NCBI GenBank assembly: GCA_017963125.1
Contig: JAGCUA010000030.1
Span: forward strand, 21,513 to 85,512
Direction of reading: 5' to 3'
DNA length: 64,000 nt
Source: a bacterium
Lineage (GTDB): Bacteria; UBP6; UBA1177
The notes under the pieces were generated by a model. It saw only the letters and a list, made by a program, of their open reading frames with translations, was not told the DNA's origin and did no database searches. Below are positions 37,578 through 46,733 of the stretch, one piece after another. Both the position numbers and the translations under genes were made by a program. The first letter of the stretch is position 1. Each line of letters starts with the position of its first letter.

Positions 37578-39919
37578 ATCTTTCCCCTCAGAAAATCTTC
37601 CACTGCATCAATAACGAACATATTATTTTTATATGCGAGCATAGCAGCTTCGGCACAGGCGTTTACGAGGTTCAGCCCCTTGATTTCGGCAAATCTTGCG
37701 AGCAGCCGGTTTTCCTCCTTGTCACTCGTTGCTACTGCGTAATCAAAAGGGGAAAGCTCGATCTTAACCACTTCCGATTCGACTTTGTCCCCTCTCTGCG
37801 TTCTGAAAAGAGCCGTTGAATACTCCCCTTTTACAGTTCTAAGGCTCTCGAAAGCCTCTTTTTCAGCAGGACTCAGACCAAAATCTTCAGCTATCACCCG
37901 CTTCGCTTCTTCATCGTTGGCATGGCTTAAAAATATCGTTGTCGTCGTATTGATCTTGATTTTCGAAGATAGAGAAAACTCTTTGAAACTGAGGAAATTC
38001 TGCGTCACGGTCCAGACACCGGTGTTGTATTTTCTCGCCGTGGCGAAAAGTTCTTCGATCAGGTCGGCAAGACGCGGATCCTTGATAAGCTGAGCCGCTT
38101 CGTCAAACACTATGAAACTGTTCGTTATCTCGAAAGCGCTCCGCTTTGCCTCCTGAATGACGATGAAGGTCAGAAGTTCCTTCAGTTTTTCACTGAGCCC
38201 CGAGATCCCCTGCAAGTCGTAGATCACAAAAGGCTCTCCGCCGTAATCGACAGTTGATTTTCCGTTTATGATGCGCGACACCGGATCATCTAAAAAACCC
38301 CGCAGCAACCGGCGTATCATTTCGGCTTTCGTTGTGTCTTCGTCTTCAATAAAATCGACGAGATCTTCAAGAACGGGTTCGCTTTCGGCAGCATACATAC
38401 TGCGTACAGCCTTTGAAACGATGTTTCTGAAAAGGTCGGCATTCATGTTCTTTTCACGGATTTCGAGAATGATATCGAGGATCGTGTTGAGAAAGTTGAG
38501 TGCCGAGCTGTTCCACTTCCCGCCGGTATACACTTTATCCCGCTTCGGAAAAGGGTTTATCACTATTTTTCCGCCCGGATCTATCGGAATGAAAACACCT
38601 CCGTAAAGTTTCACCATTTTCAGGTAACTCGAGTTTTCAGCCCCTGCGAAATCAACGATAAAGATCCTTCCCGGGAAATTTTTGTCAGATTTTATGTTCG
38701 GGAAAAAAGTATGTGCGATGAGAGTGTTTACAGTCACCGATTTTCCGCTTCCGGAACAACCGAAAATAGAGCCGTTTTTGTTGTTGCGCTTCGATGACCC
38801 TGCATCAAAACCGTATATTTCACCGAAACGGTTCCTTAAAAAAAGGGGAAATCTGCCGCCGAAGTCGCCGTGTCCGTGCTTTGCCGCAGGGATCATTTCT
38901 ATAAAATTCGCACTCAGGACTCTGATTTGACGTTCCGAAAAGCTCATCTGCGAAGGAATCGACTTGAAAAATTCGAGATCGTGCCCCCAAGTCTCTTCTT
39001 CGAAAAAAAATCCGTAATTCTTCATAAGAAGGCAAAGCTCTTCCGCCTGTTTCTCAAGCAGCCTCTGGTCATGCTCCGAAACAACGATCTTCGCCGAAAG
39101 AAAGCCGATTTTGTACTTTGATACAGTCAGAAGATTCATCAGTTCGTCCGATTCCTTCGCGTTCTTTGCCGCTCCTCTGCCGCTTGTCGCGATGTAGAAC
39201 CGCTCTTTAGCCTCGAGAGAAAGCAGCTCCCTCGACTGCGGAAGCACTGTGAAGGAAAGCGAAAAAGTGAAATTAGACGAAAAGTTGTCTATGAGACGCG
39301 AAACCATGAATGGATGAGTCTCTTTCGGCATGAATTTTAAAGAAAGGACTTTGCAGAAAACATCTCCAACTTTGAAATATTCAGGAGTTGCCGAGCACTG
39401 TTTCTGTATAAGCTCTTCGCGAACGCTCATTTCGGGATGGATATTCATCTCTCCGCCGAAAGAAATCATTGCATAAAGGACTTCTTTTATCTCCTGCGTA
39501 TCAAGGCGGCGGGTCTTCATTCCGAAACTCTGAACAAGATTTTTGTGATATGCGCTGTCAGGAGGTTCGACCGGGATTTCACTTTTCGGAAGATCACTTG
39601 AAACTGCAAAAAAATAACGGCTTTTTCTCACTCCTTTTCTGCACAGAAAACCGAGTCTCTGCCTTATAACCGGTTCGTTTTCTGAAACGTAGCGCTCTTC
39701 GACAAGATCATCGCTGCCGCGGACGACTGCAAAAAATTCGACAGTTGTTCCCTCGCGGGCTTCACGCATGAAAAACGACTCAGCCGGATCAAGATCGGGC
39801 GAAAAAAAGTAGCAGTCCGCTCCGTCTGTCTCCCAAAGTGAAAATCGCTGCATTGAAGAAGTAAGGATAAAGTCATCTTCAATGGCAGCTACTTTGAGCA
39901 TATCAAAAATACTTTTCAT
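37574..39919 (-). CDS. virB4: VirB4/TraG-family T4SS ATPase
   Basis: 781 aa; Walker A GCSGSGKS, Walker B IVFDEA, ARKYN.GVW.VTQ, KGEYS motifs. Confidence 0.9.
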   Translation of the reverse strand: MKSIFDMLKVAAIEDDFILTSSMQRFSLWETDGADCYFFSPDLDPAESFFMREAREGTTVEFFAVVRGSDDLVEERYVSENEPVIRQRLGFLCRKGVRKSRYFFAVSSDLPKSEIPVEPPDSAYHKNLVQSFGMKTRRLDTQEIKEVLYAMISFGGEMNIHPEMSVREELIQKQCSATPEYFKVGDVFCKVLSLKFMPKETHPFMVSRLIDNFSSNFTFSLSFTVLPQSRELLSLEAKERFYIATSGRGAAKNAKESDELMNLLTVSKYKIGFLSAKIVVSEHDQRLLEKQAEELCLLMKNYGFFFEEETWGHDLEFFKSIPSQMSFSERQIRVLSANFIEMIPAAKHGHGDFGGRFPLFLRNRFGEIYGFDAGSSKRNNKNGSIFGCSGSGKSVTVNTLIAHTFFPNIKSDKNFPGRIFIVDFAGAENSSYLKMVKLYGGVFIPIDPGGKIVINPFPKRDKVYTGGKWNSSALNFLNTILDIILEIREKNMNADLFRNIVSKAVRSMYAAESEPVLEDLVDFIEDEDTTKAEMIRRLLRGFLDDPVSRIINGKSTVDYGGEPFVIYDLQGISGLSEKLKELLTFIVIQEAKRSAFEITNSFIVFDEAAQLIKDPRLADLIEELFATARKYNTGVWTVTQNFLSFKEFSLSSKIKINTTTTIFLSHANDEEAKRVIAEDFGLSPAEKEAFESLRTVKGEYSTALFRTQRGDKVESEVVKIELSPFDYAVATSDKEENRLLARFAEIKGLNLVNACAEAAMLAYKNNMFVIDAVEDFLRGKI

Positions 39920-40194
39920 TTTTTCTCCCCGACTATGTCTTTATGCTGGCGGCAGTAGAAGACTTCTCCTCCGCTGAACATCCTGAGGACGAAAATCCAC
40001 CACTCGGATGAGCCCGAAAAAACTTTTTCGCGTATAAAGAAAGTCGCGGCAAAAATCACGGCAGGAAGAAAGACAAGGAGAAGAATGCTTTTCAGAACAG
40101 CACCGAAAAAGAAAAAGAGAGTCATCAATGCTGCCTGCCCCTTGTCAACAAAGTTCTGTTTTGTTCCCAAGATCCCGAAAACTTTCATATCCAT
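39916..40194 (-). CDS. VirB3-like small membrane protein
   Basis: 92 aa with two hydrophobic segments, between the pilin and VirB4 genes. Confidence 0.55.
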   Translation of the reverse strand: MDMKVFGILGTKQNFVDKGQAALMTLFFFFGAVLKSILLLVFLPAVIFAATFFIREKVFSGSSEWWIFVLRMFSGGEVFYCRQHKDIVGEKK

Positions 40195-40493
40195 CCCGCG
40201 ATAATGCTTAAAATCGTCGAAAACGCGGCAAGTCCCGCACCGGCGCCGAGAATTTTGAGTGCATCCGACCAGATGTTCTGATCTTTATTGATATACCTGA
40301 AAAGAAGCGAGACTATCGCCCCGCCGAGCCCGCCGTAGATCCCGATGTATCTCGCGACGTCGAAAACCGTGTCGGCCATCTCCTGAAATTTAGACTTGAT
40401 CCCGCTCGTATCCGCAGCAGCAAACAAAAAATCAGGAAAAGCCAACAACAAAATCACAAAAACAGCATAAACACACAATTTAAATTTCTTCAA
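40185..40493 (-). CDS. VirB2/TrbC-like pilin
   Basis: Signal peptide (..FPDFLFAA) plus two Gly-rich hydrophobic helices; TTG start at 40493 after GAGAGG. Confidence 0.7.
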   Translation of the reverse strand: MKKFKLCVYAVFVILLLAFPDFLFAAADTSGIKSKFQEMADTVFDVARYIGIYGGLGGAIVSLLFRYINKDQNIWSDALKILGAGAGLAAFSTILSIIAGWI

Positions 40494-40605
40494 GATATCA
40501 CCTCTCAAATATCAAGATTAGCAAATTATCAAATTTTAATTTACTTAAAAAATGTATTTTTTCAACATTTTTATTCATAATTAGAGAGAATTTTTCAAAA
40601 CATCG

Positions 40606-40708
40606 CGCAATTATTGCGATTTTTTATCAAAATAAATTTACAGCATCGAAAAATATTTTCCTGTATTTCAGCTATTTTATTGACTTTAAATTTTTAATAA
40701 CATACATT
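40606..40708. promoter_or_regulatory. Divergent control region with dyad CGCAAT-T-ATTGCG and a putative promoter for the regulator
   Basis: Dyad at 40606-40618; TTGACT (40680-85), 17-bp spacer, TACATT (40703-08); AT-rich region. Confidence 0.4.
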
Positions 40709-40766
40709 TAAAATCGATTTTTTTTATTTACAGATCTTTTTAAGTGATCCGGAATCGGGGGTATCT

Positions 40767-41360
40767 GTGACAAACATTGCAGAAAGGCTTAAAACCTTAC
40801 GCTTGACGCTTCAGTTGAATCAGAAAGAGATGGCTGAAACCATCGGATTTTCACAGTCGTATCTCTGCGGGATCGAAAACGGGCTGAAAACACCGAACAC
40901 CGACTTTATTATAGCTCTTTCAGCCAAATTCGGCATCAGCGTCACATGGCTTCTAAACGGCTTCGGCCCGATGTTTTCAGGCAGCGGCGAAAAAGACATG
41001 AAATATTTTATCCGTGAAAAAAGCCCGCTCTACATTTCTTCCGAGGCCCTCGGCAAGATAGCCGGCGGGATCGAAAACGGAAAAATGTTTTTCTTCGAAG
41101 TCGAGAGCGACAATATGGAACCGGCATTTCTGAAAGGAGACAAAGCGGTTATAGACTCATCGGACAAAGAACTTCAGGATTGCGGGGTTTACCTATTCGA
41201 CATAAATTCAAGAAAAACGATCAAACGCTGCTTCAAAACCGGCAACTGGGGTTTTAAACTGACAAACGATAAACCCGTGACAAAAAACAACGACATTTTT
41301 TTCGACAGTTCGATGGAATGTCTCGGACGCGTCGTATGGATAATACGGGAGATAAAATGA
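40767..41360 (+). CDS. XRE HTH + S24-like domain (CI/LexA-type) transcriptional regulator
   Basis: RLKTLR...LNQKEMA..IG.SQSY...IENG...WLLNG.G.M; C-terminal VESDNMEP...IKR...L.NDK...GRVVW. Confidence 0.85.
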   Translation: MTNIAERLKTLRLTLQLNQKEMAETIGFSQSYLCGIENGLKTPNTDFIIALSAKFGISVTWLLNGFGPMFSGSGEKDMKYFIREKSPLYISSEALGKIAGGIENGKMFFFEVESDNMEPAFLKGDKAVIDSSDKELQDCGVYLFDINSRKTIKRCFKTGNWGFKLTNDKPVTKNNDIFFDSSMECLGRVVWIIREIK

Positions 41361-41445
41361 GAACAACAAGAACGATTTGAAATAATCGCAAATCGGTGCA
41401 TAATCCCGCGTCTGTTGCGAATGACGATCGAACCCGGAGTTTTTC

Positions 41446-42369
41446 ATGCTTGCAGTCATCATAAATCCCAAATCGGGCAAAAAACACCTGAAGTTACAGC
41501 GGCAGTATCTCCTGCGTCAGCTTGAAGAACACAGTATAGCTTTCACATCCAAAGATACCGAGTACAAAGGCCACGCCACGGAAATCGCGCGGGATTTTGT
41601 AGAATCAGGATATGATCAGATTATGGTCTGGGGCGGCGACGGAACTCTCAGCGAGACTGTGAACGGCATAATGACGGCAAAAATTCCCGAAGAGAAGCGG
41701 AAAAACATTCAGCTCGGCCTCATTCCACGTGGCACTGGCAACGATTTCGGGCGTTTCTGGGGTCTGACTAAAAACTACAAACGCTCGCTCGAAATATTTT
41801 TTGCCGGCAAGCCTCAGCCTCTGGATGTAGGATGTCTCACCTACTTCAGCAACGGCGAGGAACGGCACAGACACTTCATCAATTCTATCGGCTACGGCGT
41901 CGATCCGCTGACATGCGTCTATGCCGACAAGCTGAAACCATTTATAGGCTCGCATCATCTCAACTATCTTTTCGGACTGATCGCGGCACTTTTCAAACAA
42001 AAACCTGTTCCTGTCACACTGAAAGTTGACGGAACCGAGTGCTTCATGGCGGGACTTTTCACGATGAATGTCGGAAACGGACCTTATTCCGGCGGCGGGA
42101 TCCGCCAGAACCCGGACGCAGACCCGCGGGACGGCATTTTCAATGCGATGTTTGTCGAAAAACCGACTCTGAAACAGCTTTTCAAGGCGCTTCCGAATCT
42201 GTTTAACGGTCATCTCACCGACGTACCCGTCATCCACACGATAAAAGGCAGAGAAATAGAGATCGAAACTGAACAAAATGTTATTGTCGAAACTGACGGA
42301 ATCTTAATGAATTATGAAGGGAACGGACGCCTGAACTGCATCCATCACGCGATAAATTTTATTATTTGA
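41446..42369 (+). CDS. Diacylglycerol kinase family lipid kinase (YegS/BmrU)
   Basis: NPKSG, GGDGTLSE, PRGTGNDF, NGPYSGGG, DG motifs. Confidence 0.9.
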   Translation: MLAVIINPKSGKKHLKLQRQYLLRQLEEHSIAFTSKDTEYKGHATEIARDFVESGYDQIMVWGGDGTLSETVNGIMTAKIPEEKRKNIQLGLIPRGTGNDFGRFWGLTKNYKRSLEIFFAGKPQPLDVGCLTYFSNGEERHRHFINSIGYGVDPLTCVYADKLKPFIGSHHLNYLFGLIAALFKQKPVPVTLKVDGTECFMAGLFTMNVGNGPYSGGGIRQNPDADPRDGIFNAMFVEKPTLKQLFKALPNLFNGHLTDVPVIHTIKGREIEIETEQNVIVETDGILMNYEGNGRLNCIHHAINFII

Positions 42370-43888
42370 GAGCGCCGACAGCCTTTTCAGCCGTTTTTAC
42401 GATCTCGTATTCTTTCTTGAGAACGTTCATGAACATCGGGTGAAGGAATGCGTCGTTTTCCATGAAGGGAACGTCCTTGCGGATGAGTTTGTAAACCGGT
42501 TCGATGCCTGCGCCTGCCTTCATCGGTTTTCTGAAATCGATCGCCTGCATTGCGGTAAGAAGCTCGATACAGATGATCTTTACGGTATTTTCAACAACTG
42601 CCGTGCACTTTCTTGCAGCGGTCGTTCCCATGCTGACGTGGTCTTCCTTTCCTGCCGAAGTCGGGATCGAATCGACTGTTGCCGGGAAAGACTGAGTTTT
42701 GTTCTCGCTGGCAAGGCTTGCTGCCGCGACGTGAGCGATCATGAAGCCGCTGTTGAGACCTTTGTTTTTAACCAAAAATGCCGGAGCCTGATTGAAAACC
42801 GGGTTGATGAGTTGCTCGATTCTTCTTTCGGAGATGCTTCCGAGCTCGGAGACAGCCGCGGTGAGGTAGTCCATAACAAGTCCGATCGGCTCGCCGTGGA
42901 AATTTCCTGCCGAAATAGTCTCTTTCTCGTCTGGGAAAATAAGCGGGTTGTCGGTTGATGAATTGAGCTCTGTCGTGATGACTTTCTCAACGTGGCGAAG
43001 TGCGTCTCTGACTGCGCCGTGAACCTGCGGAGCGCAGCGGAGGCTGTATGCATCCTGAACTTTCGGGCAGTTGCGGTGGCTCTCACGGATCTCCGATTTT
43101 GCTATAAGTTTGAGAACGTTCTCGGAAACTTCCGCCTGTCCGGGGTGAGCTCTGACGATATTTACTTTCTGGTCGAAAGCGCGGTCTGTTCCCATGATGC
43201 CTTCGATCGTCGAAGTGAGCGCGATATCTGCAAGTTTAAGAAGGTTGTGGACTCTGTGGACTGCGAGTGCGCCGAGAGCCGTCATGACCTGCGTTCCGTT
43301 GATGAGAGCAAGTCCTTCTTTCGCCTTGAGGGTGATGGGTTTGATCTTTTTCGCTTTGAAAACTTCGGCTGTATCGACCATTTTTCCGTCGTCAGTCATT
43401 ACGAAACCTTCTCCGCAGAGAACGATCGCGAGATGAGCCAGAGGAGCAAGGTCGCCGCTTGCGCCGACACTGCCCTGCGACGGGATAAAAGGAATTATGT
43501 CTTTGTTGAGGAGTTCAAGAAGTTTGTCAAAAGTTTCAAGTGAAATTCCGCTGAAACCTTTCGCAAGAACGTTTGCGCGAAGAAGCATGATCGCTCTGAC
43601 AGTCTCTTTGTTGAAAGGTGCGCCGACACCGATCGCGTGGCTGCGGATGAGGTTGATCTGAAGAGTTTCGAGGTCTTTGTGCTCGACTTTGACATCGCTC
43701 AGAATGCCGAAACCGGTGTTGATTCCGTATACCGCCTTGTCATTTTTAAGAATCGAATCGACAAATTTGCGGCATTTTGCCATTTTAGCACGCGTCTTCT
43801 CGTTGATTGCGACTTCAGCCTGACCTTTAGCAACTAAAACGACATCATCGATAGTGAGATTTTCACCGTTAAGAAAAACTTTTTTCAT
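42362..43888 (-). CDS. hutH: Histidine ammonia-lyase
   Basis: YGINTGFG, GSVGASGDLAPL (MIO), KEGLALINGT, QDAYSLRC, GNFHG, EDHVSMG. Confidence 0.95.
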   Translation of the reverse strand: MKKVFLNGENLTIDDVVLVAKGQAEVAINEKTRAKMAKCRKFVDSILKNDKAVYGINTGFGILSDVKVEHKDLETLQINLIRSHAIGVGAPFNKETVRAIMLLRANVLAKGFSGISLETFDKLLELLNKDIIPFIPSQGSVGASGDLAPLAHLAIVLCGEGFVMTDDGKMVDTAEVFKAKKIKPITLKAKEGLALINGTQVMTALGALAVHRVHNLLKLADIALTSTIEGIMGTDRAFDQKVNIVRAHPGQAEVSENVLKLIAKSEIRESHRNCPKVQDAYSLRCAPQVHGAVRDALRHVEKVITTELNSSTDNPLIFPDEKETISAGNFHGEPIGLVMDYLTAAVSELGSISERRIEQLINPVFNQAPAFLVKNKGLNSGFMIAHVAAASLASENKTQSFPATVDSIPTSAGKEDHVSMGTTAARKCTAVVENTVKIICIELLTAMQAIDFRKPMKAGAGIEPVYKLIRKDVPFMENDAFLHPMFMNVLKKEYEIVKTAEKAVGALK

Positions 43889-44047
43889 AATTTCCCCCTA
43901 TTCAAATTTATAAAAACATAAAACAGCCGCTTATAGCACAAAAAACGGAAAAAAGAATTTTAAAAAGATTTTTTGCCGAATTTTGAAATAAATTTAATAT
44001 CTGCGCTGTTTTTTGGTCGTTTTTTTGTCTGTTTTGCGGGAATTGCG

Positions 44048-44911
44048 ATGCTGAATGAGGAATTGCTCAAAAAAATCAGATACATAGAGTTGAATGTAAA
44101 AAAGAAGGTCGACAGCTGCTTCCAAGGTTCGTACCACACTTTGTTCAAAGGTCACGGTCTGGAGTTTCAGGAAGTGCGCGAATACACCGAAAACGACGAC
44201 GCGCGTCTTATCGACTGGAACGTCACTGCGAGAACAGGGAAGCCTTTCGTCAAACTTTATCAGGAAGAACGAGAACTTACCGTTCTGGTTGTCGCAGATA
44301 TTTCGGGTTCGAGCATCTACGGTCAGAACGAAGGGATCCGTGATGCGATGACGACGATAGCGGCGGCACTAACTTTCAGCGCGATAAAAAATTCGGATAA
44401 AGTCGGACTTCTTCTTTTTTCGGACAAAGTCGAAGAGTACATTCCGCCGAGAAAAGGCAAGAACCATCTTCTGACCGTTATCCGCTCGCTGCTAACCGCC
44501 GAACCGACGGGGCGCGGGACTGATCCAGACGCGGCTTTTACGTTTCTCAACAAAATGATGAAGCGAAAAGCTCTCGTTTTTTTTCTTTCCGACATGCTTT
44601 TCGACAAACTGCCAGATTCGATCAAAACGACAGCGTCAAAACACGAGATCGTTTCGGTCGGACTTGTCGATGATATGCTTTTTTCTCAATTTACCGACGG
44701 CGCAGTCAGAACAGTTGATCCAGAAAACGGAGAAACGGAGCTGCTTGATTTCACAAATGCATCCCGCATCGGTGAAGAACGTTTCATCGCCGAAAAAAAA
44801 GGTGAATTCGACCGTCTCGGGATCTCATCGATGTGGATCCGAAACCGAGAAAACTATATGGACGACCTTGTCAACGAATTCCAAAAACTGAACAGGATCA
44901 AAAAAAGATAA
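44048..44911 (+). CDS. DUF58 family protein (MoxR/Bat-associated type)
   Basis: KGHGLEFQEVREY..DDAR.IDWNVTAR...VK.Y.EERE; DISGS; FLSD. Confidence 0.9.
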   Translation: MLNEELLKKIRYIELNVKKKVDSCFQGSYHTLFKGHGLEFQEVREYTENDDARLIDWNVTARTGKPFVKLYQEERELTVLVVADISGSSIYGQNEGIRDAMTTIAAALTFSAIKNSDKVGLLLFSDKVEEYIPPRKGKNHLLTVIRSLLTAEPTGRGTDPDAAFTFLNKMMKRKALVFFLSDMLFDKLPDSIKTTASKHEIVSVGLVDDMLFSQFTDGAVRTVDPENGETELLDFTNASRIGEERFIAEKKGEFDRLGISSMWIRNRENYMDDLVNEFQKLNRIKKR

Positions 44912-45065
44912 TCTGTCGTCAAATTAACCAATAAAATCAGCACTAAAAAACACCAACGGAAAAATTCTCACTTTTTATCTTGACAAATGACTTACCAGTA
45001 TTAAAAAGCGGAACCAGCGAGTTTCATTTTACGAAACTCAAGCGTTTTGAAATGAGAGGTTTGAT

Positions 45066-45656
45066 ATGTTTTTCAAAATGACAAAAAACCAGATCGAGCG
45101 GAAGCTCAAAATATTGAAAGCGGCAGTCCAGAGTTTCGCCGCGTCGGGTTTCCACATTTCCGATATCGACAAAATCGCTAAGAATGCCGGCGTCGGAAAA
45201 GGAACGCTCTACCGCTATTTCCAGAATAAGGAAGATCTCTTTTTCGAGTCTGTGAAATACTGCATGGACGAGATGTACAACGAAATCGGCAGGAAACTTG
45301 AAAACGTCGGTTACAACGACTTTGTCGGCGTTCTTTTCGACGCTCACATGGACTACTACCGCGAGCACAAAGACACATATCTTCTTGTTGCAAACGCAAT
45401 TATCCAGATGCCCGAAACTTCGGTCGATTTCTTCCACGAACTGCACAAGGAAAAAATGAAAGTCATCCTCGGCAAACTTGAAAACGGTGTCAAGGAAGGC
45501 GCTGTGAAAGATGTCGATCTCGAAATTCTCGTAAAAATGCTGAACGTCCTTTCGCAGCTTTTCTGTCTGACAAAGGATATCGCGCCAGAAACCGACGACT
45601 ACGAGCGCGTAAAAAAGACTTTTGTGAATGTTTTCAACTATGGACTTTTAAAATAG
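45066..45656 (+). CDS. TetR/AcrR family regulator
   Basis: IAKNAGVGKGTLYRYFQNKEDL. Confidence 0.9.
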   Translation: MFFKMTKNQIERKLKILKAAVQSFAASGFHISDIDKIAKNAGVGKGTLYRYFQNKEDLFFESVKYCMDEMYNEIGRKLENVGYNDFVGVLFDAHMDYYREHKDTYLLVANAIIQMPETSVDFFHELHKEKMKVILGKLENGVKEGAVKDVDLEILVKMLNVLSQLFCLTKDIAPETDDYERVKKTFVNVFNYGLLK

Positions 45657-45672
45657 TAATTGAGAGGTTGTT

Positions 45673-46725
45673 ATGAAAAAGTTATTGATTTTGTTCACTG
45701 TTTCAGTTCTTCTTTTCAGCGGTTGCCTTGAAAAAGAGGAAGTTCAGGAGCAGCCTGCCGCTGCAGTTGAAAAAAAACCTGTAGTCGCTGTCACGGAAGC
45801 AAAAGAGGAGAAATATTCTCCCGTTCTTGAGTTCGGAGGCTCGTTCAAGCCTTTCAGAGAGGCAAACCTTTCGGCAAGAATGCCAGGAAAGATCAAAAAG
45901 ATCCACTACCGCGAAGGAGCGACAGTTCAGAAAGGATCTGTAATAGTCACGCTTTCCGGCGAAATGGCGGAAGCTGCAGAAGCCGAGCTCGAAGCAGTCG
46001 AAAAAGACTACGAAAGAGTGAAAGACCTCGTCGATTCTGGCGTTCTTCCGCAGCAGCAGTTGGATCACCTCGAAGCTAAACTCAACGCGTCGAAAGCAAA
46101 AGTCAAAATGACGAAAGAGAATATGGAGATCATCGCTCCTTTCGACGGAATGGTAGCAGAACACATGCTTAGAGAGGGCGAAGAGTTCATGCTTGTAAAT
46201 CCCGGTCTCACTCCCGGTTTCTCGCATGCTAACGGCATCATCCGTTTCATGGATCTGAACAGGCTTTTCCTTGAGATCCAGGTCGATGAAAAGGAGCTTC
46301 CGCTCATCCAGAAAATCAAAGATATCGAAGTTGTCGCGGACGCTTATCCCGACACGAAAATCAAAGGAAAAATCTATGCGACAGAAACGCTTGTCTCGGT
46401 AATTTCGAGGACAGCTGTCGTTAAAATCGAGATAAACAACGCTAAAAAACTGATAAAACCCGGTATGTTCGGCAGAGTTAAGATCTCTCTTCCCGAAGTC
46501 AAGGCTGTCATGGTCCCGCGTCTTGCAGTAGCGCGTCAGGCTGGAACGAACCAGCATTACCTTTTTGTCATAGAAAACAATGTCGCGCTCAGAAAAGAGG
46601 TAGAGATCCTCGAAGATCTGGGCGATTTCTACGCAGTCAAAGGAGTTGAAAGCGGCGAAATGGTGGTCAGCGCCGGAAAGACAAAACTTAGAGACAACGT
46701 TCCTGTTACTGTCAGCAACAAGTAG
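45673..46725 (+). CDS. RND efflux membrane-fusion lipoprotein
   Basis: LFSGC lipobox; G.VQKG, IIAPFDG, IKPGMF, VPR.AV. Confidence 0.9.
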   Translation: MKKLLILFTVSVLLFSGCLEKEEVQEQPAAAVEKKPVVAVTEAKEEKYSPVLEFGGSFKPFREANLSARMPGKIKKIHYREGATVQKGSVIVTLSGEMAEAAEAELEAVEKDYERVKDLVDSGVLPQQQLDHLEAKLNASKAKVKMTKENMEIIAPFDGMVAEHMLREGEEFMLVNPGLTPGFSHANGIIRFMDLNRLFLEIQVDEKELPLIQKIKDIEVVADAYPDTKIKGKIYATETLVSVISRTAVVKIEINNAKKLIKPGMFGRVKISLPEVKAVMVPRLAVARQAGTNQHYLFVIENNVALRKEVEILEDLGDFYAVKGVESGEMVVSAGKTKLRDNVPVTVSNK

Positions 46726-46733
46726 GTGCAGCC

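Noticed and set aside
28464-41360. Intact ICE or prophage
   Set aside because: No integrase, relaxase, coupling protein, att repeats, tRNA target or phage structural genes are visible, and the flanks are ordinary metabolic genes.
44980-45027. TetR promoter/operator (TTGACA and imperfect GAAC..GTTTC dyad)
   Set aside because: There is no well-spaced -10 and the dyad is too weak to call.
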